The notes: generated from the letters alone by a model not told the origin. DNA of 64,000 bases from an uncultured Chloroflexia bacterium (GCA_963697275.1 CAVONF010000003.1:607-64606); one strand, 5' to 3'. Numbered from the stretch's first letter, positions 27,658 through 37,951 are shown. Translations and numbers: made by a program.

Positions 27658-28082
27658 ATGCGGTCGTTCTGGGTAGGTCACCGGGCGCTGTGCGCGGTCA
27701 CCGGCGATCCCATCGGCCTGCGGCATCCGAAGGGCGACAGGGCGGGCATGTTCCGGCTCAGGACCGTCGGGCGCCGCTCCGGCACGGAGCGCGTCGCGAT
27801 CCTCGGCCATTACGAGACGGGCCGAACCTGGTGACCCTCGCGATGAACGGCTGGGGCGAGGGAGAGCCTGCCTGGTGGCTCAATCTCCAGGCGCATCCCG
27901 AAGCGACGGTCGACCTGCGGGGAGGCCGGCGTGCGGTCCGGGCTCGTGCAGCCACCGGCGCTGAGCGCGAACGACTGTGGGCTCGGTGGCACGAGATTGG
28001 GAGACGCCGACCTCGACGCCTACGCCACCCGCCGCTCGACGGAGACCGCGGTCGTCATGCTCGAGCCGCTGTCGACGGCATG
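27658..28082 (+). CDS. deazaflavin(F420)-dependent nitroreductase-family protein (DUF385-like), 2 frame changes
   Basis: Self-joined MRSFWVGHRALCAVTGDPIG...RLRTVGRRSGTERVAILGHYE / NLVTLAMNGWGEGEPAWWLNLQAHPEATVDLRGGRRAVRARAATGAERERLWARW / ...TETAVVMLEP. This is the typical order for the family. Confidence 0.6.
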
Positions 28083-28345
28083 ATCAGGGCGAGGGTGCGT
28101 CGACCTGGCTGCGCGGGTTCCCGCACTCGATGGGCGGGCTGGGACGTCGGCCCGTAGACCGGGACAAGACGCTAGCCCGGCCGCGCGTACACGGGAAACG
28201 CGGCGGACTGCCGGAATGCCCCCGACAACGTGGGCACCCGGGCGCGTCTCGTTGACTGCATCCTGCGCTGGCCTTGGGGCGGGCGCCTACCATACGCGGC
28301 GAGTACCGACCGGGGGCGGTGATCTTCACACATAGGGAGAGAACC

Positions 28346-28723
28346 GTGACCCGGCGGATGATCAACGCGCCCGACGCCCCCGTCACGGCCGGCTACAGCC
28401 AAGCGGTCAAGGCGGCCGGGCTCGTGTTCGTGTCCGGACAGGGTCCCTTCGACCCCGCCACGGGCGCCGTCGTGGGGACGACCATCCAGGAGCAGACGCG
28501 ACAGGCCCTGACCAACGTCCAGGCGATCCTGAACGCTGCCGGCAGTTCCATGGCCAAGGTCGTCAACGCCACGTTCATCCTCCGCCACCCCGAGGATTTC
28601 GCGGGCATGAACGAGGAGTGGCTGCGCTGGTTCCCGACCGACCCGCCGGCTCGTCAGGGCGCCCGCCACCCTCTCGAGGTCGAGGGCTTGCGAGTCTCCA
28701 TCGCAGTGGTCGCCGAGGCCTGA
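28346..28723 (+). CDS. ridA: RidA/YjgF-family reactive-intermediate deaminase
   Basis: GGGAGAGAA RBS then GTG 28346 within ORF 28274..28723, with YSQAVKAAGLVFVSGQ and ARQGARHPLEVEGLRVSIAVVAEA. Confidence 0.8.
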   Translation: MTRRMINAPDAPVTAGYSQAVKAAGLVFVSGQGPFDPATGAVVGTTIQEQTRQALTNVQAILNAAGSSMAKVVNATFILRHPEDFAGMNEEWLRWFPTDPPARQGARHPLEVEGLRVSIAVVAEA

Positions 28724-28744
28724 CCCCTCTGGCGGATGGCCACG

Positions 28745-28950
28745 AGGTTGGCCCGCGCGTGCAACCGCCTCGCTACCCCACCGGCGGTCGTGGGTCGTCG
28801 TCTTCAGCCTGTGGTGACGAGCGCAGAGGCTCTGGAGGCTCGAGGGCTCGTCGCTCCCGCCGTGAACCTTCGGGACGATGTGGTCGACATCGGTCGCGCG
28901 GTGACCGCACTGCACATCATCGACGGCCTGCCACTCGCACGTCGGATGGC
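28745..28950 (-). pseudogene. HNH endonuclease fragment
   Basis: N-part of ORF 28172..28915: CEWQAVDDVQCGHRATDVDHIVPKVHGGSDEPSSLQSLCARHHRLKT. An in-frame stop lies just upstream, and the long ORF tail is antisense to ridA. Confidence 0.6.
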
Positions 28951-28991
28951 GTAGGAGTCAACACGCTGACGCCAGACAGCGGGTCGATAGT

Positions 28992-29075
28992 CATGGTGAG
29001 CGGGAGGCGTCGACGCACGGTCCACACCCTGGCCGCCGGGACCGTGACGAGCCACGGGCGGACCCGACCCGCGCA
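28992..29075 (+). promoter_or_regulatory. conserved leader element L8, 5'-truncated
   Basis: Homology starts at CAT-GGTGAGCGGGAGGC. The whole TTCGTGACC...GTGGCGT part is replaced by the HNH remnant. The 3' half is intact, ending 17 nt before ATG 29093. Confidence 0.7.
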
Positions 29076-29092
29076 GGCGAGGGGGGCGAACC

Positions 29093-29895
29093 ATGCGCAG
29101 GCTGTGGGCCGTGGGAGCGGCCATCATGCTGTGCCTCGCGCTTCGGTCGCCGGTCGTCGGGCAGGAGGCTGCAACGAGTTGAAGTGCCGACCTGCCGGTG
29201 GCAGACGTGCATCCCGAGGTCCTGGTGGACCTGGAATGGGTCGCCGCGCACCTTGACGACCCGACCGTGCGGATCGTGGACGCTCGAATCAGCTGGCCGG
29301 CCTACTCGATGGGCCACATCGCCGGTGCTGTCTCCATCGACATCTTCGACGAGCTCTGTTGCCCCTCCCACATCATGGATGCCGAGCCGTTCGCGAAATC
29401 GATGGGCGAGAAGGGCATCGGAGATGACACGACCGTGATCGTGTACGACACCGAAGGCGGGACGTGGGTCGCCCGGCTGTGGTGGGCATTGCGGTACTAC
29501 GGCCACGAGGAGGCCAAGCTCCTCGACGGCGGCCTCCGTGCCTGGGAGGCCGGCGGTCTGCCGCTCGAGACGGAGGCGCCGGTCATCGAGCCGGCGATCT
29601 TCACGGCCCAGATCCAGCCCCAGTGGTACGCCACGATGGACGACGTAAGGGCCGCCATCGACGATTCCGACATCAGCATCGTGGATGCCCTGCCCGCCGA
29701 TAGCCACGCCGACGAGCACATCCCCACGGCTGGAAGCTCCCGGCACGGGAACTGCTCGACTGGACGGGAGTGGTCAAGGGAGCCGAGGACCTCTCGGCCA
29801 TGCTAGTTGGCGGGGCGCTGACCCAGCGGACGAGCGACCCTTCGAACCCGGTGGAGGGCGGGTCGCAGGCATCGCTCCTGGATGCGCGTCCCTGA
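29093..29895 (+). pseudogene. rhodanese paralog, frameshifted and lacking the catalytic-Cys segment
   Basis: MRRLWAVGAAIMLCLAL signal, then a stop. ORF 29198..29806 matches domain 1 of the 1055 gene. Domain 2 jumps from ...LSAML to TSDPSNPVE, so no CGGG loop is present. Confidence 0.7.
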
Positions 29896-30358
29896 CGAAC
29901 GAGGACGATGGGCCCACCGCGAGGGGGGCCTCGCCTATCGGGGCACCTTGTCGTTGGCGGCCCTCCACGCTCAGCCCACGCCCATCCAGGTACGCTTTGC
30001 CGGGGTCATGCGGGAGGTCCCCGACCTGCCCGATGGCGCGCAGCCCCATGAGCGCGTCGACGCCTACCCGGGTATCCGCCTCCACCGGAACACGGATGCC
30101 GGCCACAACGCCGAGGAGTGGGACTGCGAGGTGGACGCCGTCCTCGAGCGCCGGGAGGGCGACGCCGCGTGTGAAGCAGCGGGACGCCACCAGACGGGCC
30201 AGCGGCGCCCTCAGTGGCCCCGTCGCGCCCATGGCCGGAGGTGGCCTCCGGACGGTCGAGTGCTCATGCCCCGCCGCCGCAGCCCCACGACGCTGTCGCC
30301 GCCGCCGTGGAATGAGGGCCGGCGTAAGTCTCAGACCGATGACCCCATCGCGCCTTAG
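29882..30358 (+). CDS. hypothetical protein (uncertain)
   Basis: ORF 29882..30358 has nearly uniform G/C at codon position 3 over 29990-30180 (VMREVPDLPDGAQPHERVDAYPGIRLHRNTDAGHNAEEWDCEVDAVLERREGD). The quality of the 3' part drops. Confidence 0.3.
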   Translation: MRVPDERGRWAHREGGLAYRGTLSLAALHAQPTPIQVRFAGVMREVPDLPDGAQPHERVDAYPGIRLHRNTDAGHNAEEWDCEVDAVLERREGDAACEAAGRHQTGQRRPQWPRRAHGRRWPPDGRVLMPRRRSPTTLSPPPWNEGRRKSQTDDPIAP

Positions 30359-30400
30359 TCCGATGATGAGGGTGAGTGAAACGCCATCGGGGACAGAGAC

Positions 30401-30598
30401 ATGCATGACGGACCAGGGCAACAGCCGATGGGACACGCCGGGCTGCGCGGCCTCGCGGGCATCATCGTCCTCGCCTTCAGCTTCCCCATCTTCTTCGTCG
30501 CGAGCTACTGGCTGGACTGGGCTGCCGCCATCGTGTTCGTCCTTACGCTGGTGGTGGCCATCGGTCTGCTGCGCTCGGGGATGCGCCACTCCCGCTAG
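30401..30598 (+). CDS. small 2-TM membrane protein
   Basis: ORF 30401..30598, ...LRGLAGIIVLAFSFPIFFVASYWLDWAAAIVFVLTLVVAIGLL. Confidence 0.4.
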   Translation: MHDGPGQQPMGHAGLRGLAGIIVLAFSFPIFFVASYWLDWAAAIVFVLTLVVAIGLLRSGMRHSR

Positions 30599-30666
30599 GC
30601 ATCCGAGCCTGCGCCCCGCTGTCCCAGGTGGCGGAGCACACCAGTGCAGTGGAGCCGCTCGCTGGC

Positions 30667-30796
30667 TTCGTGACCTCCGCCTCTTGAACCATCTGCTAGC
30701 CCTGTGGCGTCATACCCGGTGAGCGGGAGGCGATGAGGCACGGCCCATGCCCTGGCCGCCGGGACCGTGCCGAGCCACTGGCGGACCCGGCCCGCG
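30667..30796 (+). promoter_or_regulatory. conserved leader element L7
   Basis: Full consensus with the TTGAACC variant. It ends 19 nt before ATG 30816. Confidence 0.75.
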
Positions 30797-30815
30797 TCTA
30801 GGGGGGAGCTGAACC

Positions 30816-31978
30816 ATGCGCAGGATGTGGACCGCAGGCGCGGCCATCGTGGTGTGCCTGGCTCTCGGTGGAGCGCCCATGTCGGCTGCAGAGCTGCCCG
30901 AGAGCACCGGCATGCCCGGCAGTATCTGGCAACCTGAGACCGGCACCTCCACCTTCGTCATCGTCCATCCTGACGGGACGATGGTCGTCCAGCACGCCTT
31001 CTGGGGCATCGGGCTCGGGATACTGGGAACCGACCGGCGATGGCTCGCTGTCGAGTCGCGTCGACTTCACCTCCGGGTACGAGGGTGAACGAGGGACGCG
31101 GACCAGCCGATCCGACTGGCTCGTCGACGAAGCGGCCGAGACCGCGACACTGACGACCGATGAGACGTTCACCGGCCCCGACGGCGTCCCGCAGCCGCTC
31201 GAGACCAGTACCGAGACCCTCAGGCGGCTACACATGGCCCCGATGCCGGAGAATGCGGTCGCGCCCACCCCGCCCGATCCGGGCTGGCAGGCGGTCATCG
31301 GTCCAGCACGCTACGACCGCAGCGAGGCCGGGGTCATGGTCGAACCGTACAGCCCGCCCAACTACACCCTCGAACACGCCGACGGCACCGCGTTGTTCCT
31401 CAACCCCTACGTCAGTGATGGGGTCGGTCTCTGGGCCCCGGTCGGGGAGCGTGCCTACGTGGCGACGGCGTGGTTCCCGCGATGGCGGGGTGCCAACAGC
31501 CCGCTGGTATCGCAGGCCCTGGCCAATGAGGACACAGGCAGCAAGTCCCGTCGCTACGGGACATCGAACGGCTTCGAGGGCACGTCGTATGAGATGCCGA
31601 TGCGCTTCGAGCCGCTCGAGGGGGACCTCGCCGCCCCCGACCCGGGCCTGTGGCCCACGATCGGCAGCGTCTGGCAGGAGCCCTACGCCGAGGGCGACGG
31701 CCTGATCGATCCGCGTTGCCTACCTGGCGGACGGCACCATCGTGACCACCCATCCCAAGTACGGCATCGGTGTCGGTGAGTGGCTGCCGATCGATGAGGA
31801 CACGATCGCCAGCAACATCCTCTACAAGGGCGGGGACTGGTCCCTGAAGGCCGAGTCCACCGTCAGTGAGGATGGGGAGAGCCTCAGCACCCGGTGGGAA
31901 GCTGATGCCAACCTGGGCAATCCGGCCGAGGACGCAGCGGGGTCGTCGACCGCCAGCCGGATGCACCTCGAGCCATAG
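30816..31978 (+). CDS. secreted multi-repeat (lipocalin-like G-x-W...DGT...G-x-W-x-P-x-G) protein, at least 2 frame changes
   Basis: ORF 30816..31088 (MRRMWTAGAAIVVCLALGGAPMSAA), ORF 30868..31779 and ORF 31742..31978 join into about 387 aa. Confidence 0.65.
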
Positions 31979-32003
31979 GGTACGCCACGGGGAGGAACGA
32001 GTC

Positions 32004-32515
32004 ATGCGGGGGCTATGGGCTGCGAGTGCGGCCATCGTGTTGTCCATCCCGTTCGGCGGGCTGCCGGTGGTCGCGCAGGACGGTGCCACCTGGATCAGCG
32101 GCAGCGTGACGTGCGAGGTGTCCGACTGGGGCACGGAGAGCCAGGAGGGTGGGGTGGCGTCCATCCGTGACCGGCTGGCGACGTGCGCCGTCGCGGCGAG
32201 CGACCCACGCGCCAGCGGCTCCGGACCCCACGTCTACAACGAGGACTGCCGCTCCGCGAGCTGCATCGACTGGGGCACCTACGAGGTGATCGGAGCGGAT
32301 GGCTCATGGTCCGGGCCGTGGACCGGCATCGAGATCACCCGCTGGGATCCTCGGGGCGTACAGCGTCCAGACCGGCGGCGGCGCCTACGCTGGCTGAATT
32401 CGTCGTCACCCAGAACATCTGCGACTGCACGACCGGGACCATCACGCTCGAGGGCGTCATGTACGAGGGGCCGCCGCCACCCTTCGGACTCCTGCCGTCA
32501 GCGGCGAGCGAGTAG
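32004..32515 (+). CDS. secreted Cys-rich protein, multiple frame changes near 32340-32400
   Basis: GGGGAGGAA RBS, MRGLWAASAAIVLSIPFGGLPVVAQDG (in ORF 31866..32897), and C-terminal end in ORF 32183..32515 (AEFVVTQNICDCTTGTITLEGVMYEG). Confidence 0.55.
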
Positions 32516-32536
32516 TCCTTCGCATCCCCCCGTGGT

Positions 32537-32560
32537 GGCCCGTCCTGCGAGGGGCGGGCC
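32537..32560 (+). terminator. conserved cassette terminator hairpin
   Basis: GGCCCGTCCT-GCGA-GGGGCGGGCC. Confidence 0.5.
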
Positions 32561-32604
32561 TCACCTCCTGTCGCCACGCGACGGGCCCGGGCGCGAGGCC
32601 CAGT

Positions 32605-32881
32605 TCACGCGGACCCACCCCAGAGCAGCGCGACCAGGATGCCCCACAGCGGACGATGGGCGAAGCGCTGCAGGGCGAAGACGATGGCCACCGCGACCGC
32701 GCCGTAGACGACCCAGACCGCGATGGCCGCGAGCCCCGTCGCGCCGAGCTGGGCCACGAAGCTGCCGTTCTCGCGCCACAAGGTCCAGGCCCCGAGGGCC
32801 GAGATCGACGAGCATGGTCACGAGGATGGGCGAGACCACGCGCCCACGGACCGCTGAGGCTGCCGTCGTGGTGGTGGTCAC
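32605..32881 (-). CDS. small 2-3 TM membrane protein, frameshift near 32800
   Basis: GGGAG RBS then GTG 32881. Self-joined VTTTTTAASAVRGRVVSPILVTML / SISALGAWTLWRENGSFVAQLGATGLAAIAVWVVYGAVAVAIVFALQRFAHRPLWGILVALLWGGSA*. Confidence 0.45.
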
Positions 32882-33325
32882 GCGCCGTCTCCCGTGATCG
32901 TCAGGGTCGTGAGCATGTCGATGATCTCGTCGTGCATCGAGGTCCAGGCGGTGTCGGAGCCGCTCGCGTTCGGCCGTCTGTGCCTGGCCGTCCCGCACGA
33001 TGACCGCATCGACGTCGAACAGCGTCGGGGTCAGCGCGGTCACGTACAGCCCGTCACCGCCATCGGCGGTGACCAGGGGCCGGGGTCGCTGACCTGCCAG
33101 TGCGCATCAGGGTCGCTCGAGGCCGCGATGATCGGCGTCCATCATGCGGGCGGCGTCGCCGGTCGCCGGCCCCGGCCGGTAGGCGTCGATCTGGGCGCCG
33201 TCCTTGCGCAGCACCAGGACGACCGGACCGGGAGGATTCCGAGATCGGCAGTCCACAGGTCCGGAGAAGCGCTCGTGTTCGGGACTTCGTCGCCGCGGCA
33301 CGCGCCACGGAGGTAGTACGCTCAT
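32878..33325 (-). CDS. hypothetical protein, several frame changes; stop overlaps next start (GTGA)
   Basis: Pieces PVVLVLRKDGAQIDAYRPGPATGDAARMMDADH / DPDAHWQVSDP / LVTADGGDGLYVTALTPTLFDVDAVIVRDGQAQTAERERL / SDTAWTSMHDEIIDMLTTLTITGDGA*. Confidence 0.3.
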
Positions 33326-33365
33326 GCAGTGGCCATCCGATCTGGCCGAATGTCGAGGAGAACTG

Positions 33366-33647
33366 ATGACAGCGAACGCGCACTTCACCGCTGACGAAGC
33401 CCGAGTGATCGGGACCGAGATCGGTATCGATTGGGCCGATAGCCTGTTCGACGTGGACGAGTTCCGGGATGGGCTCGACGTGGAGCTGGAGCACGGCTTG
33501 CACGACCCACAGACCAACGTGAGCGGAAGTGATCCGATCGTGACGGGCAAGATCGCGCTCGCTCATCTCAAGGAGTTCCCGGACTACTACACGCGCCTCA
33601 AGAAGATGGAGGCAGAAGCAGAAGCTGCCTGGGCGCAGGACGATTGA
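33366..33647 (+). CDS. small DUF5661-like protein (93 aa)
   Basis: GAGGAG RBS then ATG 33366 in ORF 33204..33647, with FTADEARVIGTEIGIDW, VELEHG and KIALAHLKEFPDYYTRLKKME. Confidence 0.6.
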   Translation: MTANAHFTADEARVIGTEIGIDWADSLFDVDEFRDGLDVELEHGLHDPQTNVSGSDPIVTGKIALAHLKEFPDYYTRLKKMEAEAEAAWAQDD

Positions 33648-33939
33648 CGACCATCCAGCGCGGCGCTCGCGGACAACGGGCGACCGACACGATGCGCGTC
33701 AACGGTGCGTGGGTAGAGGTGCCCAGCGTGTCTGTGACGCTGGGTGACCGCGGTAGTCAGGGACCTTGCTGGTTGGGCCGGGTGTACACCAAGAGCCTCT
33801 CGCGCACGCTACCCGGTGCAAACAGTCCGGCGCGGATGAGGTCATCGGCCTTGTGAGCGTGACGGGGCCGAGGAGCGCGAGGTGCTCGCCTGTGACGCCG
33901 AGGTGGCGGGCGGCGATGGTCAGGGGGATCGCCGCCGGT

Positions 33940-34812
33940 TCACGGTCGCGACCTGGGCCGTTTCCGGTTCAGCGGGGCGGTCGACCCTTTGACCCGCCCC
34001 AGATCTGGCAGGAGCATGAGCGCGCCGACGAAGAAGCACACCGCACCCACGAAGGTGAAGGCATTGGCTGCCGCCACGTTGAGGAGCTCGCCATCGGTGG
34101 GATCGATGAAGGCGGCGATGGCGGAGATGCCGAAGGCGACCGAACCCGCCAGGTTGATCCAGGCGATGGCGGTCTCGAGCGATGGGCGCCAGCCACGGCC
34201 GATCCCGTCGCGTGCCTCCGCCAGGGCGAAGCCGCTGGCCACGAGGAAGAGGATCGATCCGATGGCATCCGGCGCCCAGATCAGCGACTCCTCCTGTAGC
34301 ACGGTCAGCAATTCCCGCGTGCTGGCGAAGGTGGTGAGGTTGAACCACAGGGTCCCCAGGAACTGTGAGGATGCCGCCCACCAGCCAAGCGACGCCAGGC
34401 GTACACCGAGCGGCCGCCTGGCCGCGGCCGAGCCGCGGATGTCGTCGCCCTCGTTGCTGGCCTCGAAGTACTGCAGGTACGCCGCCGAGGTGAAGAAGAG
34501 TCGAGCCGATGAAGAAGACCCAGACGACGGCGTCGCCGACCGCTGCCGCGAACGCCGGGACCGACCCGAGCGCGAAGCACAGCGAGCCGATCATGAAGAG
34601 CACGGCGATCCACCAGCCGCGTCGTTGTGGCGCCCACCACGGGACTGCTGCCGACTGCTCGGGCAGCGGTCGCGTCGACCAGCGCCGTGGCCCTTGCGGT
34701 GGCGCCACGCGGTGAACAGCGGTTCCGAGCCATCGGGCCGCCGAAGCACCATCGAGGTGGTGAACGGTCCGATACGGTGGCGGTCGAACGCTCGCCCAGC
34801 CAGCTGGAACAT
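33940..34812 (-). CDS. integral membrane protein with cytosolic N-terminal domain, at least 2 frame changes
   Basis: MFQLAGRAFDRHRIGPFTTSMVLRRPDGSEPLFTAWRHRKG (ORF 34591..34944), then WWIAVLFMIGSLCFALGSVPAF (33920..34816), then ORF 33940..34311. Confidence 0.55.
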
Positions 34813-34833
34813 CCATGAAGGGAGGGTAGCGTC

Positions 34834-36218
34834 ATGGTCATCAAGCGAGTGAGCGCAGAGCAGCTGGCGGACGAGATCGTCGCGCCGGCGTACACGCACC
34901 GCGCGGACCTGGGCCTCATGCCCAAGTACCGACTGCCCGAGCACGGGGCCTGGCCGGACGTCGCTGAACGGCTGGTCTACGACGAGCTCATGCTCGACGG
35001 CAACGCCCGCCTCAACCTCGCCACCTTCGTGACGACGTGGATGGAGCCACAGGCCGAGGCGCTCATGAAGACCGCCTTCGACAAGAACATGATCGACAAG
35101 GACGAGTACCCCGCGACCGCCGAGATCGAGCGGCGCTGCGTCAACATCGTCGCCGACCTCTTCAACGCTCCGGCCGATGGCGACGCGGTCGGCGTCTCGA
35201 CGACGGGCTCATCAGAGGCCGTGATGCTCGCCGGGCTGGCCATGAAGTGGCGCTGGCGCCAGCAGCGCGAGGCGCGGGCGAGGACACCACCCGGCCGAAC
35301 ATGGTCCTGGGCTCGAACGTGCAGGTGGTGTGGGAGAAGTTCTGCCGCTACTGGGACGTCGAGCCGCGCTACGTCCCGGTGGCGAAGGGCCGCTACACGG
35401 TCACGCCCGAAGACGTCGTCGAGCGCGTCGACGAGAACACCATCGGCGTCATCGCCATCCTGGGCACGACGTACACCGGCGAGTACGAGCCCATCGAGGC
35501 CATCCACGATGCCGTCGTGGCCAACAACGAGGCCAAGGGCCTGCCGGTGCCGGTCCACGTCGACGCTGCCTCGGGCGGCTTCGTGGCGCCCTTCCTGCAG
35601 CCCGACCTGAAGTGGGACTTCCGCCTGCCGAACATCGTGTCGATCAACGTCTCCGGGGCACAAGTACGGGCTCGTGTACCCAGGCATCGGGTTCGTCGTC
35701 TGGCGCGGCGAGGAGGACCTGCCCGAGGACCTCATCTTCCACGTCAACTACCTCGGCGGCGACATGCCCACGTTCACGCTCAACTTCAGCCGCCCCGGCA
35801 ACCAGATCGTGGGCCAGTACTACAACTTCATCCGCCTCGGCCGCTCGGGCTACACCAGGGTCATGGAGACGCTGCGAGGCATCGCCCAGACGCTGTCCGC
35901 GCGGATCGGCGAGATGGGTCCGTTCGCCATCGTCAGCGACGGCACGTGACATCCCGGTGCTGTCGTTCACGGTCCGCGATGACCTTCCCTACACGGCCTA
36001 CGACGTGTCCGACCGTCTGCGCTACCACGGCTGGCAGGTGCCGGCCTACTCGATGCCCGACAACGCCACCGACGTCGTGGTGCTGCGCATCGTCATCCGC
36101 GAGGGCTTCACGCGCGATCTCGCCGACAACCTGCTGGCCGACCTGAAGGCAGCGACGGAGCGACCTGCAGGACGACCCTCCGCTGAGGTCGGCGACGCGA
36201 ACAGGCTTCAGCCACTAG
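34834..36218 (+). CDS. gadB: glutamate decarboxylase (PLP-dependent), about 4 frame changes
   Basis: ORF 34834..35610, 35037..36146, 35674..35949 and 35330.. join. Motifs include LDGNARLNLATFVTTWMEP, TTGSSEA, HVDAASGGF, SINVSG(HKYG)LVYPGIGFVVWR and VLRIVIREGF. Confidence 0.85.
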
Positions 36219-36243
36219 GTCGGTTCCGAGCGCAGGCACCGCG

Positions 36244-37446
36244 ATGCCGGAGGCACCACGCGCTCGGGGCACCGAGAGCGGACCACGCGCGGGATCCTGG
36301 AGGCTGCTCGGCTACGCCGCGCTGCTGGGCGTCGTCGGCGTCGTCGCCGGCCTCGTCTTCATCAGCGTCACCGAGCCTCGGTGCCCGCTGGTACGGACAG
36401 ACCGGCTCCGGCTGGTTCGAGGGCCACGCCTGGTGGATCCCCGTCGCTGCAGGTGCCGGCCTGCTGGTCGGGCTTCTGCGGCGGCTACCTGCAGATGCCC
36501 GAGCAAGATGCCCGGGCTGGTCGAAGACCTCGCAGGCGAGCACGTCGAGCGCAAGGCCGTCGCGTCGATCGTCGCGGTCTCCGCGGTGTCGCTGGTCGGC
36601 GGCGCCAGCCTCGGCCCCGAGGTCGCGCTGGGGCAGATCGGCGGCGGCAGCGGCGGACCTCGTCGCCGGTCAGCGCGAGCTCGCCGAGGACGACACGAAG
36701 GCCCTCACGCTCAGCGGGCTGGCGGGAGCGTTCGGCGGCCTCTTCTCCAGCCCGTTGCTTGCGTCCTTCCTGGTGCTCGAGGTCGCGCGGCCCGCGCCCG
36801 GGACGCTTCGAGCGAGCCTTCTTCGGGTCGCTCGTCGCATCGAGCGTCTCGTTCGGCGCCACGTTCGCCATCGCCGGCAGCCTGTTCCTCGGGCATCTAC
36901 GAGGTGCCGGCCTACGAGTACGACGGACTGGCAGCTGCTGGCCGGGATCGTGCTGGGGCTGCTCGCCGCGCGTCAACCGTCGTCTTGCTGGCCGTGATCG
37001 GCAGCCATCGCCAGTGCCCGCGTTCGCCCGGCTGCCCGGGCCCGCGGTCGCCAAGCCCGTCGTCGGCGGCGCTCGCTGTTCGGGCTCGTCGGCGTAGCCC
37101 TGCCGCTCACGAACTTCACCGGCAGCGAGCAGCTCGCGGTCGTCGCTGCAGGAGGCAGACGGACTCGGGCCGGCGCTGCTCGCCGCGACCCTGCTGGGCA
37201 AGATGGTCGCGTTCGTGGTGAGCTCCGCCTCCGGTTTCATCGGCGGCCCGATCTTCCCGGTCCTGTTCATGGGCGGCACCGCCGGCACGGTCGTCCACGA
37301 GCTGCTCCCGGCCGTGCCGCTCGGCCTGGCCTTCTCGTGCATGCTCGCCGCCGTGCCCGGCTCAGTGGTCGTCAGCGCCGTTCTCGATGGTGCTCCTCGC
37401 CGCGCTGTTCACCCAGGTCGGCTCGCCGCATGGCGAGGAGGCGTGA
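36244..37446 (+). CDS. clcA: ClC-family chloride channel / H+-Cl- antiporter, many frame changes
   Basis: Pieces of ORFs 36244..37221, 35330..36997, 36381..37097 and 37203..37589, with the GGASLGPEVALGQIGGG selectivity motif and FIGGPIFPVLFMGGTAG. Confidence 0.7.
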
Positions 37447-37951
37447 GTCTCGTCCGCCCATCCCCGCCAGGCGTCAGCTGCGAGACGTCGACTGCGTCGG
37501 GCACCGTGGTGCAGGTGTGCGACACCGGACCGGGACGTGCCGGACTCGAGCAGCCGGAGACCGATGGGGTTCGGCAGCCGCGACCATGAGGGACTCGTGA
37601 GCTCCTGGCACGCCGGTGGTCCCTTCCGGGGACCGATCGAACGGGTCGGGGTCCTCGACCGTGGTGACCCGCGCCAGGCCCGGATCCGATGCGACCATGC
37701 GCCACGCCGGATGCAACGATCCAAGCCACCGTCGAATGCGATCGTGACCAGCGTGGGCCACGTCCGCTGTGCCAGTGTCCAGCCGGTAGGGGCTTGATCT
37801 GCGTGCCGGATACCTCTGCTCGCAGAGCCGTGGCCCGACGGTGGATGCTAGTGACGGCGCAGCCCACCACGTAAGTGGCCAGAAGTACTCCACAGTGGCA
37901 CGGTCACCCACCATCGTCACCGCTTCGTCCAGACAGAGGTTTCTGTGCGCC

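Noticed and set aside
29774-30589. Minus-strand 271-aa ORF with partial resemblance to a RibD_C-like C-terminus.
   Set aside because: It is the exact antisense register of plus ORF 29882..30358, which has the cleaner GC3 signal. The G/V/A/L/R-rich composition is typical of antisense translation.
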